Notes: generated by a model from the letters alone, not told the origin. 64,000 bases of DNA from Terrimicrobiaceae bacterium (GCA_041752695.1 JBGSVZ010000047.1:1-64000); one strand, 5' to 3'; shown: positions 46,227 through 57,357, numbered from the stretch's first letter. Numbers and translations are program-made.

Positions 46227-48053
46227 ATGAATACACTCGAAACCGAAACGAAACCCACCAGCGCCCCTGCGACCAAAAACGCGAAGCTCCTCGCCTGGGT
46301 CGAAGAAGTCCGCGCCCTTTGTGAGCCCGATGAAGTTTATTGGGCCGACGGGTCCCAGGAAGAATATTACCGTCTCTGCGACGCCATGGTCGAAGCCGGA
46401 ACCTTCACCCGCCTGAATCCCAAAACCCGGCCCAACAGCTTCCTCTGCCTCTCCGACCCGAGCGATGTCGCCCGCGTTGAAGATCGCACCTTCATCTGCA
46501 GTCGCCGCAAACGCGATGCCGGCCCCACCAATAACTGGGTCGCCCCCGTCGCTATGCGGGAAACCTTGCAAGGCCTTTTCAAAGGCTGCATGCGCGGTCG
46601 CACCATGTATGTCATCCCCTTCAGCATGGGACCGCTCGGCTCCCCCATTTCCCATATCGGCGTGGAGATTTCCGACTCGCCCTATGTGGTGGTCAATATG
46701 CGGATCATGACCCGCATGGGCACCCCCGTGCTTCGCACCCTTGGCGACACCGGGGAGTTTGTTCCCTGCGTTCATACTGTGGGCGCGCCGCTGGAGCCTT
46801 TCGAAAAAGACGTCGCCTGGCCTTGCAACAAGGACACCAAATACATCGTGCATTTCCCCGAGACCCGCGAGATCTGGTCCTACGGCAGCGGATACGGCGG
46901 CAATGCCCTCCTCGGCAAAAAATGTTTCGCCCTTCGTATCGCTTCGTCCATGGCCCGTGATGAAGGCTGGATGGCCGAACACATGCTTATTGTTGGCGTC
47001 GAATCTCCCAAGGGGGAAAAGACCTATGTCGCCGCCGCCTTCCCGAGTGCCTGCGGCAAAACCAACTTCGCCATGCTGATTCCGCCCAAGGAATTCCAAG
47101 GCTGGAAAGTGACCACCGTCGGTGACGACATCGCCTGGATCAAACCCGGCGCGGATGGACGTCTCTACGCCATCAATCCCGAAGCGGGATATTTCGGCGT
47201 GGCTCCCGGAACCTCGGAAAAATCGAACGCCAACGCGCTGGAGTGCTGCCGCAAGGACACCATCTTTACCAACGTGGCGTTGACCGAAGACGGCGACGTG
47301 TGGTGGGAAGGTCTCACCGATGAGGCGCCTGCCAAATTGACCGATTGGACCGGCAAAGAATGGACCCCAGGCTGCGGTCGCCCCGCCGCCCACCCGAATG
47401 CGCGCTTTACGGCGCCCATGGCTAATAACCCCGTGCTCGACACTGCCGCCGATGATCCGGCAGGTGTGCCGATTGCCGCATTCATCTTCGGAGGACGTCG
47501 TGCCACCACCATGCCGCTGGTCTTCCAGGCCTTCAACTGGATCCACGGCACCTACCTGGGTGCCACCATGGGCTCTGAAATGACGGCCGCCGCCGCCGGT
47601 GGTCTCGGCCAGGTGCGCCGTGATCCGATGGCGATGCTGCCGTTTGCCGGCTACAACATGGGGGACTACTTCGCCCATTGGCTGGAGATGCGCAAGTTCT
47701 TCACCAAGACCCCGAAAATCTTTCACGTCAACTGGTTCCGCAAAGATGAGAACGGCAAGTTCCTCTGGCCCGGCTTTGGAGACAATATGCGCGTCCTCAA
47801 ATGGATCGTTGACCGCTGTCACGGCACGGTTTACGCCGAGGAAACTCCGCTCGGCTGGATGCCGGATGCCAAGGATATCAATATCGAAGGCATCGAAGGT
47901 TATGATGAAGAAAAACTCCGCGCGGCCTTGGCCATCGATATCCAGGGCTGGAAACGCGAAGTGCTCCTCCAGGATGAGCTCTTCATCAATCTGAGCTCCG
48001 ACCTTCCCAAGGAACTGATGTTCCAACGCGAGTTGCTGATCTCGCGCCTGTAG
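46227..48053 (+). CDS. pckG: Phosphoenolpyruvate carboxykinase (GTP)
   Basis: [55 protein letters not shown]. Confidence 0.97.
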   Translation: MNTLETETKPTSAPATKNAKLLAWVEEVRALCEPDEVYWADGSQEEYYRLCDAMVEAGTFTRLNPKTRPNSFLCLSDPSDVARVEDRTFICSRRKRDAGPTNNWVAPVAMRETLQGLFKGCMRGRTMYVIPFSMGPLGSPISHIGVEISDSPYVVVNMRIMTRMGTPVLRTLGDTGEFVPCVHTVGAPLEPFEKDVAWPCNKDTKYIVHFPETREIWSYGSGYGGNALLGKKCFALRIASSMARDEGWMAEHMLIVGVESPKGEKTYVAAAFPSACGKTNFAMLIPPKEFQGWKVTTVGDDIAWIKPGADGRLYAINPEAGYFGVAPGTSEKSNANALECCRKDTIFTNVALTEDGDVWWEGLTDEAPAKLTDWTGKEWTPGCGRPAAHPNARFTAPMANNPVLDTAADDPAGVPIAAFIFGGRRATTMPLVFQAFNWIHGTYLGATMGSEMTAAAAGGLGQVRRDPMAMLPFAGYNMGDYFAHWLEMRKFFTKTPKIFHVNWFRKDENGKFLWPGFGDNMRVLKWIVDRCHGTVYAEETPLGWMPDAKDINIEGIEGYDEEKLRAALAIDIQGWKREVLLQDELFINLSSDLPKELMFQRELLISRL

Positions 48054-48198
48054 ATTCCCGTCAGCACGGGTGCCCGTTCCTGCAGTTCCGGGGAACGGGT
48101 TACCCGGTGCGGGTTCCCCCCTCCGAACAGACTTTCGACTTTCCCGAAGCGCGCGCGCGGGAGACACTCGTTCGCGGAGGCGCGGAAACCCAATCCAC

Positions 48199-49866
48199 AT
48201 GTCCTGGTTCAATCAACTTATTCACGGCGAATCCATCGCCCACGTCGTTTTTGTCATCTCCATCGTCGCGACCCTTGGTCTCGCTTTGGGCAGCCTGAAA
48301 ATCAAAGGCATCGGCCTCGGTATCGCCGGGGTCCTCTTTTCCGGCCTGGCCATCGGCCACTTAGGCATCACCATCCCGCACGAAGTGCTGGAGTTCGCCC
48401 GCGAGTTTGGGCTCATTCTATTTGTCTATACCATTGGCATCCAGGTCGGCCCCGGCTTTTTTGCCTCTTTACGCAAACAAGGTCTGCCTCTCAATATGAT
48501 GGCGGCCAGCATTGTGCTTCTCGGTGCGGGGATCACCATTCTGATTTCCAAATTCGGCGGTGTTTCCATGGCCGCGGCCGTGGGACTTTTTTCCGGTGCC
48601 ACCACCAACACGCCGTCCCTCGGTGCCGCCCAGGAGGCCATTCGGAGCCTGCCCAACGTTCCGGAAGGCTCCGCCGCCATCCCCGGCCTTGGGTACGCGG
48701 TGGCTTATCCGTTCGGCATCATCGGCATCATTCTTACCATGCTGCTGATCCGTGCCATCTTTCGCGTGGATCTCAAAAAAGAAACCGCCGACCTGCTCAG
48801 CAAATCCGGCGCGAAGGCGGCCAAACTCTCCCGGCTTAACCTTCTTGTCACCAATGCCAATCTGGACGGCCGTCGCCTCGACGAACTCCCCGTCTTTGCC
48901 TCCCTGGGCGTGGTCATTTCCCGCATCCACCATGACGGCGTCGTGGATATCGCGAAACCGGACGATATTATTCATGTCGGTGACACTCTTCTCGCCGTCG
49001 GTCCCCAGTCCCGACTCGAGGAACTTCGTCTCATTGTCGGCGCGGTCAGCGAGATCGACCTCCATCTGATGGACAGCAGCCTCGTCGTTCGCCGGGTGAT
49101 TGTGACGAAAAAAGCCATCCTCGGACGCCAGATTCAGGAACTCGATTTTCTGGAGGATAACGACATCACAGTCACCCGCGTGACCCGTGCCGAGGTGGAG
49201 ATTCCCGCCACGCCCGAACAGCGCATTCAATTCGGTGACATGCTCGTTCTGGTCGGCAGCGAGGAAGCCGTCGCCCGCGTTTCCAAGGCCCTCGGAAACT
49301 CGGTGAAGCAACTCAACCACACCGAACTCATCCCCGTTTTCATCGGCATCGCCTTGGGGGTGCTTTTTGGCAGCATTCCCATCGCCTTTCCCGGCATCCC
49401 TGCACCGGTCAAACTTGGCCTCGCCGGCGGTCCCCTGCTGGTCGCCATTATCCTCAGCCGGGTCGGTCGCATCGGACCACTCCTCTGGTATATGCCTAAT
49501 AACGCCAATTTTGCCATTCGCGAGATCGGTATTGTGCTCTTCTTGGCCTGCGTCGGCCTGAATTCCGGAGCTAAGTTTGTGGACACTCTGGTGCACGGCG
49601 ACGGCATGAAATGGATGCTCTTCGCCGCCATCATTACGGTGGCCCCTCTCATCATCGTCGGTCTTTTTGCCCGCTTGTTTCTCAAAACCAACTACGTCTC
49701 CATCTGCGGTCTCCTCGCGGGAAGCATGACCGATCCGCCCGCCCTGGCTTTTGCCAACACCGTGAGTGGCTCCGACGCCCCCTCGATTTCCTACGCGACC
49801 GTCTATCCGCTCACCATGCTCCTCCGCGTCGTCTGCGCGCAGTTACTCGTGCTGGTATTCTTCTGA
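48199..49866 (+). CDS. YidE/AspT family transporter with TrkA-C domains
   Basis: EFGLILFVYTIG.QVGPGFF, GATTNTPSLG, GYAVAYPFG, GSMTDPPALAFA, YATVYP. Confidence 0.9.
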   Translation: MSWFNQLIHGESIAHVVFVISIVATLGLALGSLKIKGIGLGIAGVLFSGLAIGHLGITIPHEVLEFAREFGLILFVYTIGIQVGPGFFASLRKQGLPLNMMAASIVLLGAGITILISKFGGVSMAAAVGLFSGATTNTPSLGAAQEAIRSLPNVPEGSAAIPGLGYAVAYPFGIIGIILTMLLIRAIFRVDLKKETADLLSKSGAKAAKLSRLNLLVTNANLDGRRLDELPVFASLGVVISRIHHDGVVDIAKPDDIIHVGDTLLAVGPQSRLEELRLIVGAVSEIDLHLMDSSLVVRRVIVTKKAILGRQIQELDFLEDNDITVTRVTRAEVEIPATPEQRIQFGDMLVLVGSEEAVARVSKALGNSVKQLNHTELIPVFIGIALGVLFGSIPIAFPGIPAPVKLGLAGGPLLVAIILSRVGRIGPLLWYMPNNANFAIREIGIVLFLACVGLNSGAKFVDTLVHGDGMKWMLFAAIITVAPLIIVGLFARLFLKTNYVSICGLLAGSMTDPPALAFANTVSGSDAPSISYATVYPLTMLLRVVCAQLLVLVFF

Positions 49867-50138
49867 CATCGCGGCTGCTGGCGACTGTCATTCGCCCCGA
49901 GTTCCATCGGCATCTCCGGCCCGGGGTGCGGTGATTCTTTTCAAAATTTTTTCACAATTTCGCTTGCGCCCGCGAACTCCTGTGGCACGTTCACAGCGTT
50001 CTGGGGGGAACAACAGGCCACCGTGGCATTCGTCGCGGTGGTCTGTATTTTTTTGACCTGTTCCCCAACCGGTTACGGGAATGTCACACTCAGCTCCTTG
50101 AGCGATTTGGTCGGAAGACTCTTCCTAGGCTCAAACCT

Positions 50139-52658
50139 ATGGCTACAGCGAGCGACGACTCTCAGACGGAACGGTACCAAGTCAAAAAACATCTTGGGTC
50201 GGGCGGAAGCGGGGACGCTTATCTGGCCTGGGATGCCAGCCTGCGCCGGGAAATTGTCATCAAGCGGGTCCGCGCCGGGGAGAATGACGGCAATGTAAGC
50301 CGCGAAATCATGGAGGAAGCGGCGCGGATGGCCGCCATCAAACATCCCAATATCGTTTCGATCTACGATATTTCCCTAATTGATGGCGCGCCCTGCATCG
50401 TCATGGAGTATGTCCACGGACAGACCCTGGACGAGCGAGTTCATGCCCACGGGGCGTTTTCGACGGAGGGATTTGTGGAACTGGCCCGGCAAACTCTGGA
50501 CGCGCTAACGGCGGCGCATCAGGCAAACCTGATTCACCGCGACCTCAAGCCTTCCAATGTGATGATCGTGGACCTGCCCAGCGGCGTGTTCCAAGCCAAG
50601 GTGGTGGATTTTGGGCTGGCAAAGTTTATGAACGCGGACGCCCCGTCCTCGCAGACCGTGTCCATCGACGGCTCCATTCGCGGCTCGGTGCATTATATTT
50701 CGCCGGAGCAACTCAATCATGATGTCGTCGATGCGCGGAGCGATCTGTATTCGCTGGGTTGTACGCTTTACCTGGCTCTGACCAGCATCGAGCCCTTCGC
50801 GGGGGAATCGGTGGCGGGAATCATCACCGCGCATCTCACGCACCGGGTGCTTTCGCCCACGGAGGTGCGTCCGACCGTGCCTCCGGTGGTGAGCGAATGG
50901 CTGATGAAACTGATGAGCCGCCAGCCGTCCGACCGGTTTCAGACCGCGCTGGAAGCCATGGAGGCCTTGGAGGCGGTGGTTGTCGTGGCGGGCGTTTCCT
51001 CCGCCACGCGCTCGATCCGGGTGGACCGCCGCTCGGTGGCGATGAAATCGGCGGAGGGGAAAAAATCCGGAATGGTCTGGGGGGTGGCTGCCGTGGCCGC
51101 GCTCGCCCTCCTTGTGCTGGGACTGATTTTTCTCGCGCCCAATTTTCTGCGGAAGGCCGAACCCACGGTGGCCCCCGCTTTGGCTTCCCGGACCAACGAA
51201 TCGGTCAAAGAGCCCGCTCCTGCGGAGATCCTTGTCCCTGCCCAGGCCGAGGTCAATGCGCCCCCGGCTCCCACTCCCGCGGCCGCCTTGCCCGTGACAA
51301 CTCCCGCAGTGGCCGCTTCCGCCTCGGTGGCGGCGGTCCCACCGCCGGTTCCTCCGTCCACCCTGGAAACCGCCGAGGTCTTTCTGAAGGTGGCCGGGTC
51401 AAACACCATTGGGGCCAAACTGATGCCAAAACTCGTCGAGGGTTTCCTCTCTCGCATGAAAATGACCGGGCTGGAGAACGAAAAAATTCAAGCGGAGGAA
51501 ACCGAAATCCGGTTCAGTGCCCCGCTGGAGAGTGGACGCAAGGCCGTGGCGATCAAAGCGCACGGCTCGTCAACCTCCTTCAAGGAGCTTTTGGCCGGGA
51601 CCTGCGACATTGGAATGTCGTCGCGTCCGGTCAAGGACGAGGAAGTGGTGGGTATGGCCGGTCTTGGCAACATGCGATCCTCTGCCTGCGAGCATGTGGT
51701 GGGGCTGGACGGGCTGGCGGTGATCGTCAACCGGTCCAATCCTATCACCCAGCTGACCGTCCAGCAGGTTGCCGCGATTTTCTCGGGGGAGATCACCGAC
51801 TGGTCGGAAGTGGGAGGCGCGCCCGGACCGATCACCCGCTATGCCCGTGATGACAAATCCGGCACCTACGACAGCTTTAAATCCATGGTTCTGGATAAAA
51901 AACCTCTTCATCCCGAGGCGCAACGCTTTGAGGACTCCAATGCCCTTTCCGACTCCGTGGCAGCGGATGCGGCGGGCATCGGGTTCATCGGTCTGCCGTA
52001 CGTTCGCAGTTCTAAAGCCCTGGCACTTTCCGACGCCGGCACGGCCCCGATGTTGCCCTCGCCATTCACGGTTGCCACGGAGGATTATGTCCTGTCCCGC
52101 CGCCTCTTCCTCTACACCCCTGCCGTTCCTGAGCACCCCTGGACCGCAAACTTTGTCGAATTTGTGCTTTCCGACGAAGGACAGGAAATTGTGGAGAAGG
52201 TGGGATTCATTCCGCAGAGGATATCGGTGGAGACCATTGTCGCGTCTGAGGATATGCCGGAAAAATACCGCTCTTTGATTGACCAGGCGGCGGGACGTCT
52301 CAGTCTGACCTTCCGGTTCCAACCCAACAAAAAGGAACTCGACGCCAAGGCGGTTCGCGATTTTGACCGCGTGCTTCAATTCCTGACCAAACCGGAAAAC
52401 CGCCATCGAAAAGTGTATCTCCTGGGATTCTCCGACCGCTCGGGCGCGGCTTCGGCCAACCTCAAGCTTTCCAAGGAACGGGCGGAAGAGGTGGAGCGCC
52501 AGTTGACGATGCGCGGAGTTCCGGTGGCGGCCAGTCTCGCCATGGGAAGTGAAATGCCCGTTGCCACCAACGAGACCCCGGCCGGCCGGGACAAAAACCG
52601 TCGCGTGGAAATCTGGGTGCAAAATCCGCCAGCGGTCTCTTTGAACGCGGGGCGGTAG
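50139..52658 (+). CDS. Membrane Ser/Thr kinase fused to PstS-like binding domain and OmpA-like domain
   Basis: LGSGGSG, HRDLKPSN, DFGLAK; TM; Pro-rich linker; GSNTIG, HGSSTSF, DIGMSSR, RDDKSGT, Y.LSRRLFLY; GFSD..G..NLKLSKERA and NRRVEI. Confidence 0.88.
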   Translation: MATASDDSQTERYQVKKHLGSGGSGDAYLAWDASLRREIVIKRVRAGENDGNVSREIMEEAARMAAIKHPNIVSIYDISLIDGAPCIVMEYVHGQTLDERVHAHGAFSTEGFVELARQTLDALTAAHQANLIHRDLKPSNVMIVDLPSGVFQAKVVDFGLAKFMNADAPSSQTVSIDGSIRGSVHYISPEQLNHDVVDARSDLYSLGCTLYLALTSIEPFAGESVAGIITAHLTHRVLSPTEVRPTVPPVVSEWLMKLMSRQPSDRFQTALEAMEALEAVVVVAGVSSATRSIRVDRRSVAMKSAEGKKSGMVWGVAAVAALALLVLGLIFLAPNFLRKAEPTVAPALASRTNESVKEPAPAEILVPAQAEVNAPPAPTPAAALPVTTPAVAASASVAAVPPPVPPSTLETAEVFLKVAGSNTIGAKLMPKLVEGFLSRMKMTGLENEKIQAEETEIRFSAPLESGRKAVAIKAHGSSTSFKELLAGTCDIGMSSRPVKDEEVVGMAGLGNMRSSACEHVVGLDGLAVIVNRSNPITQLTVQQVAAIFSGEITDWSEVGGAPGPITRYARDDKSGTYDSFKSMVLDKKPLHPEAQRFEDSNALSDSVAADAAGIGFIGLPYVRSSKALALSDAGTAPMLPSPFTVATEDYVLSRRLFLYTPAVPEHPWTANFVEFVLSDEGQEIVEKVGFIPQRISVETIVASEDMPEKYRSLIDQAAGRLSLTFRFQPNKKELDAKAVRDFDRVLQFLTKPENRHRKVYLLGFSDRSGAASANLKLSKERAEEVERQLTMRGVPVAASLAMGSEMPVATNETPAGRDKNRRVEIWVQNPPAVSLNAGR

Positions 52659-52711
52659 GGAATGGCACCGCGCGTGGTGACGCGAATGGAAGTTCGGCGA
52701 ATTCCCAGCGG

Positions 52712-52739
52712 TCAATTGTGACAAAATTGTCGCAATTGA
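52712..52739. promoter_or_regulatory. 28-bp near-perfect palindrome (operator candidate)
   Basis: TCAATTGTGACAA-aa-TTGTCGCAATTGA, 12/13 arm match, upstream of the TPS cluster. Confidence 0.55.
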
Positions 52740-52803
52740 TGCCGCGCCTTCGCTGCCCAATTCCCCTTTTTTAGAAATTGGGCGCGGCAAACGCCCGTTT
52801 TGT

Positions 52804-53256
52804 ATGGCTGCCAGATTTGTTTTTTTCGTTTCCGTGATGAGGGTCGTTGCCCCGGTTTTTATCGCCTGCACCCTTCTTGCCAGTCCCGCGGTCGCGCAAA
52901 CCACCCGCACGGATTTGCTTTTTGCCCTCAATACGGCGGTAAAGGAACGCGACCGTGAGGGGATTCTGGCCTGTTTTAACTTCGACAAAGCCGACGAGAG
53001 CATGCGGCGGACGATCGAAAATGCGGTCAACCAAATCTGCCGGTGGCCGACGAGTCATGTTTTTGCGACCGACCGGTCCGGCGACGGCCCGCTGCGCACC
53101 AACCGGGACGGCAAGGTGTTCGGGCTGAACGGCGAATGGCAGTTTCAGGTGCACATTTTCCTCAAGAAAGAACAGCCGAGCAAGGGGTTCGTTTTTCCTG
53201 CCGGGCGAGCGGGTATTCGGATGGCCATTCTGCTTCTGGTCGAACAACCCCGGTAA
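52804..53256 (+). CDS. Hypothetical secreted protein
   Basis: Signal peptide ending AVA-Q; start may be ATG at 52837. Confidence 0.6.
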   Translation: MAARFVFFVSVMRVVAPVFIACTLLASPAVAQTTRTDLLFALNTAVKERDREGILACFNFDKADESMRRTIENAVNQICRWPTSHVFATDRSGDGPLRTNRDGKVFGLNGEWQFQVHIFLKKEQPSKGFVFPAGRAGIRMAILLLVEQPR

Positions 53257-53338
53257 ACACCTGGGGCCAATTGTTACGAAAGCGTAACCGGGCACCAATT
53301 GACCCACCTTTCCCAAGCACGATACCGCTAGTGATTCG

Positions 53339-55012
53339 ATGAACCATCCTTGTCCACTCCCGCTGCCTCTTCGGCGAACGGCTCCAGCCGGCTTCGCGAA
53401 GCTGTATCGTGCGGGAATGGCAAGCGCGTGCATCGTTCTTGTCGGAGAGGCGTTCGCCGCCCTCCCTCAGATCGAACTTCCTCCGGAAACCCTGCCGATC
53501 ATCACCGTTCAGCCGCCTCCCGGGGAGGAGACGCTTTACATCCGGGAATACCGGGTGGTCGGAACCAAAACCCTGCCTCGCCCCGAGGTGGAGACTGCGG
53601 TCTATTCCTGGCTTGGGCCGGGCCGCACCGCCGCCGATGTCGAAGGGGCCCGTGCGGCGCTGGAAAAGGCCTACCACGACAAGGGCTTTCAGACGGTCTC
53701 GGTGAGCATCCCCCAGCAGCGCCCGACCCGCGGCATCATCGTGCTCAAGGTCACGGAGGCTCCGGTGGGCCGCCTGAGAGTCAACGGCTCCCGCTATTAC
53801 GATATCGAACAGATCAAACGGCGCGCCCCGTCGCTGGCCGAGGGTGGCATTCCGAATTTTAACGCGGTCCAGCGGGAGATCATCGCGTTGAATCAGTCGG
53901 CCGACCTCCGCGTCACGCCTTCGGTCAAACCCGGGGTCACGCCGGGGACCGTGGATGTGGAACTGACGGTCAAGGACGTCCTGCCGCTGCACGGGAGCGT
54001 CGAACTGAACAACCGCTACTCTCCCAACACCACACAGCTGCGGATGAATATTGACGTCCGCTATTCCAATCTCTGGCAATGGGGCCACACCATCGGCGTC
54101 GGGTTCCAAATCGCCCCGCAGCGACCGGAGGATGCGTTGGTCTATTCCGCCTTCTACATTGCACCGATTCCGGGCGTGGAATGGCTGAGCGTGCTCGCCC
54201 AGGCCATCCGGCAGAACAGTGACGTGTCTACTCTGGGCGGATCCGCGGTGGCGGGTAATGGCGAGATCTATGGCGGCCGTCTGTTGATGACGCTTCCGGG
54301 TCGGGAGCGGTTTTTCCACACGCTGAGTGCCGGGATCGACTACAAACATTTCGATCAAGATCTCGCGCTCGGTGATCAATTCATCACGTCTCCGGTCACC
54401 TACTATCCGATTTCCCTCACCTACAATGCCGTGCTGGCCGGCAAAGGAACCGAGACCGCCCTGACCGCCGGCATGGTCTTCAGCTTCATGGGGCTGGGCA
54501 GCGATGAATTCGACTTTGCGAACCGTCGCTACAATGCCGACCCGAACTTTTTCTACTTCCGCGGGAATTTCGCCCATCAGCACGACCTGCCTCTCGGGTT
54601 TCAAATCTTCGGCCAGCTGCAGGGCCAGGCCACCGGGCAGCCGCTGGTGGATAGCGAGCAATTTTCCCTCGGCGGCCTCACCACGGTTCGCGGTTATCTC
54701 GAATCGGTCGTGCTGGGCGACAGCGCGGTGGCCGGCACGGTGGAATTGCGCTCGCCCTCGGTATTGGGCTGGCTGCCGGAAGGGAACGAGGCGCGGGCCT
54801 TTGTCTTTCTCGATGCGGGGACGGCCTGGATCAACGATCCGCTGCCGGAGCAGGTTTCGCAACTCAGCCTCTGGAGCTTTGGCGTGGGCGGCACGGTCAA
54901 GCTCGTCAACCACTTTAATGCCTCCGTCGTACTCGGCATTCCCATGATCACCCAGGAACCCAACGCGGCGGGGGATCCGCTCTTCACCTTCCGCCTCTGG
55001 GGAGAACTCTAA
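53339..55012 (+). CDS. ShlB/FhaC/HecB family two-partner secretion outer-membrane protein (TpsB)
   Basis: POTRA IREYRVVG..LEKAYHDKGFQTV; EQFSLGG..TVRGY motif. Confidence 0.9.
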   Translation: MNHPCPLPLPLRRTAPAGFAKLYRAGMASACIVLVGEAFAALPQIELPPETLPIITVQPPPGEETLYIREYRVVGTKTLPRPEVETAVYSWLGPGRTAADVEGARAALEKAYHDKGFQTVSVSIPQQRPTRGIIVLKVTEAPVGRLRVNGSRYYDIEQIKRRAPSLAEGGIPNFNAVQREIIALNQSADLRVTPSVKPGVTPGTVDVELTVKDVLPLHGSVELNNRYSPNTTQLRMNIDVRYSNLWQWGHTIGVGFQIAPQRPEDALVYSAFYIAPIPGVEWLSVLAQAIRQNSDVSTLGGSAVAGNGEIYGGRLLMTLPGRERFFHTLSAGIDYKHFDQDLALGDQFITSPVTYYPISLTYNAVLAGKGTETALTAGMVFSFMGLGSDEFDFANRRYNADPNFFYFRGNFAHQHDLPLGFQIFGQLQGQATGQPLVDSEQFSLGGLTTVRGYLESVVLGDSAVAGTVELRSPSVLGWLPEGNEARAFVFLDAGTAWINDPLPEQVSQLSLWSFGVGGTVKLVNHFNASVVLGIPMITQEPNAAGDPLFTFRLWGEL

Positions 55013-55017
55013 GTTTT

Positions 55018-56949
55018 ATGTGTCATTCGAAATATTATTCTCCGGTTCGCGCGGCGTTGCTCTGCTCGTTTCTTCTGTTCTCGCTGACAGGAGTGCGGGC
55101 GGAGGAATCCTGGTGGAACAAAGAATGGGGCGCGAGGAAGCCGTTCACGGTGGACGCCACTGCGCAAGGGGGCGCGATCACCGAGCCCATCGGAACGTCT
55201 GTGGTTCTGCTGCGGCTGCACCAGGGCAACTTCAATTTTGCCGCCTCCCGGGAGGACGGCAGCGACATTCGCTTCGTCGCGGCGGACGACAAGACGTTGC
55301 TTCCGTTCCAGATTGAAAAATACGATTCCCTGATGAACGAGGCCTTCATCTGGGTGCAAGTGCCCGACATCAAGCCCGGTGAAGCAACCAAGTTTTTCCT
55401 CTATTTTAGCAACCCCGAGGGAACCGGCGAACTTGCCGACGCCAAGACGACTTATGATCCTGAGACGGCTCTGGTATATCGTTTCGCCGAAAAAGGCTCC
55501 GCTCCTTCCGATGCCACCAAAAACGGCAACGCGGCGGACAAAGCCGGAACGCCCTCCGAGGGTTCGATGATTGGCACGGGTCTGCGCCTGCTCGGCCAGG
55601 GCCCGATTACGATCCCGGCTTCGGAATCGATGAACTTCGCCGCGGGCGATCCTTTCACGCTTTCCGCCTGGGTCAAAACCACCGCCCTCCGGCCCAACGC
55701 GGCGCTGTTCACCCGAGAGGAAGGCCTGGTCATTGGATTGGACGAAGGCAAACCGTATGTCGATATCTCTGGCAAGAGGACTCCGGCGGGCGAAGCCATC
55801 GCGGCTGATGTCTGGAAACACCTCGCTGTCGTCTCCGCGGAGGGCAAAACGACCGTCTATCTTGATGGCGAAGTTTACGGTTCTGTCGATGCCAGCCTGC
55901 CCGAACTCAAGGGCGCTTCCATTCTGGGTGGGGACAGCACCGCTTTTGTCGGCGAAATTGATCAGCTGGAAATCTCCAAAGCCGCGCGCGGGGCGGGATT
56001 TCTAAAGCTGGCCGCCGTCAGTCAGTCTGGCACCGAAAAAGCCGGCAAGCTCCTGGTCGCCGGCGAGGCCGAGGGGAGCGAAGGCGGCGGGGGTGGGCAC
56101 AGCGGCGCGCTCGAGCACGTCATGCTTTTCGGCGACATTGCCAAAAACATGATGTTCGACGGATGGATCGCGGTGGCCGTCTGCGTTGTCATGCTCTTCG
56201 CGGCAGGTTTCGTCGCGGTGCAAAAATGGATCAATCTGGGCAAGATCGAGAAGGGCAACAAGGAGTTCCAAAAACACTGGAGAAATGTTGCTTCGGATCT
56301 CACGTCAATGGATCTCGACGATCCGGAAGCGGCCAAGTCACTGGGCGGAAAGCTTGGGAAAAAAACCATTAAGCTCCTCTCCGACGCCCCGCTTTATTAC
56401 ATTTATCATGTCGGTTCGGAGGAAATCCGCCATCGTCTGGGCAAGGGCAAAAACAAAGGCCAGGGGCTGTCCGCCCGCTCCATCCAAGCCATTCGCGCGG
56501 CGCTCGATGCAGCGCTGGTTCACGAACATCACCGCCTCAACAAAAACATCGTTTATCTGACCGTTAGTATCGCTGGCGGACCCTATGTCGGTCTCCTTGG
56601 AACGGTGGTGGGCGTTATGATTACGTTTGCCGTCATCGCCAAATCCGGCGAGGTCGAGGTGAACTCAATTGCCCCCGGTATCGCCAGCGCCCTCCTGGCC
56701 ACGACCGTTGGTCTCCTTGTCGCGATTCCTGCGCTCTTTGCCTACAGTTTCCTCAATACCCGCATCAAATCGGTCATCGGAGAAATGCAGGTCTTTATCG
56801 ATGAGTTCGTCGCTAAGATTGCCGAGTTTTATCCGCCTCCTGGTGAAGGCGGTCTGCCGGTTCCGATCCGCCAGATCCGCTCGCCCGAGGAAGCCGCCCG
56901 CAACGAAGAGGCTCTGCGCGGCCAGGACTCACCAAACGCCGCCAAATAG
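55018..56949 (+). CDS. DUF2341 + LamG-like + MotA/TolQ/ExbB proton channel protein
   Basis: WWNKEW, DGSDIRFV, WVQVP; GGPYVGLLGTVVGVMITF..IAPGIASALLAT..GL.VAIPALFAY. Confidence 0.88.
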   Translation: MCHSKYYSPVRAALLCSFLLFSLTGVRAEESWWNKEWGARKPFTVDATAQGGAITEPIGTSVVLLRLHQGNFNFAASREDGSDIRFVAADDKTLLPFQIEKYDSLMNEAFIWVQVPDIKPGEATKFFLYFSNPEGTGELADAKTTYDPETALVYRFAEKGSAPSDATKNGNAADKAGTPSEGSMIGTGLRLLGQGPITIPASESMNFAAGDPFTLSAWVKTTALRPNAALFTREEGLVIGLDEGKPYVDISGKRTPAGEAIAADVWKHLAVVSAEGKTTVYLDGEVYGSVDASLPELKGASILGGDSTAFVGEIDQLEISKAARGAGFLKLAAVSQSGTEKAGKLLVAGEAEGSEGGGGGHSGALEHVMLFGDIAKNMMFDGWIAVAVCVVMLFAAGFVAVQKWINLGKIEKGNKEFQKHWRNVASDLTSMDLDDPEAAKSLGGKLGKKTIKLLSDAPLYYIYHVGSEEIRHRLGKGKNKGQGLSARSIQAIRAALDAALVHEHHRLNKNIVYLTVSIAGGPYVGLLGTVVGVMITFAVIAKSGEVEVNSIAPGIASALLATTVGLLVAIPALFAYSFLNTRIKSVIGEMQVFIDEFVAKIAEFYPPPGEGGLPVPIRQIRSPEEAARNEEALRGQDSPNAAK

Positions 56950-56952
56950 GTC

Positions 56953-57354
56953 ATGGACGCCGGGGACGACAAATCTTTCGACGATATCAACGTCACGCCG
57001 ATGGTGGATCTCTACCTCGTCCTCCTCCTGATTTTTATTATCATGACCACAGCCGGCGTGCAGGGAACGAAGGTGGACCTTCCGAAAGCGAGCAAACAGC
57101 CCGCGATTGAAGGCCCCAAAAGTCGCGCCATCACGGTGAATAACGAGGGCAAAATTTTCCTCGATACCGTGCCGGTGACTCTTGAGGTGCTGGAGCAACG
57201 GCTCACCGAACAGAAGAACAAGACGCCCGAATTTCCCGTGGTGGTGCGTGGCGACAGCGCGGCCCAATACCAGGGTGTGATGGACGTGCTGAACGTCGTC
57301 GGACGCGTGGGCATTACGAAGATCGGCCTCGCCACCCAGGCGCCCAAAAAATAA
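56953..57354 (+). CDS. exbD: Biopolymer transport protein ExbD
   Basis: INVTPMVDLYLVLLLIFII, VDLPKA, VVVRGD...Y..VMDVL. Confidence 0.9.
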   Translation: MDAGDDKSFDDINVTPMVDLYLVLLLIFIIMTTAGVQGTKVDLPKASKQPAIEGPKSRAITVNNEGKIFLDTVPVTLEVLEQRLTEQKNKTPEFPVVVRGDSAAQYQGVMDVLNVVGRVGITKIGLATQAPKK

Positions 57355-57357
57355 GTG

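Noticed and set aside
48054..48198. Riboswitch upstream of the YidE-like transporter
   Set aside because: GC-rich hairpins are present, but I recognise no aptamer consensus; an Rfam search would be needed.
46131..48212. Long antisense ORFs (also 40772-42004, 53162-54913, 58139-60001, 7588-9318, 27052-28065)
   Set aside because: Shadow frames of well-supported genes in GC-rich DNA.
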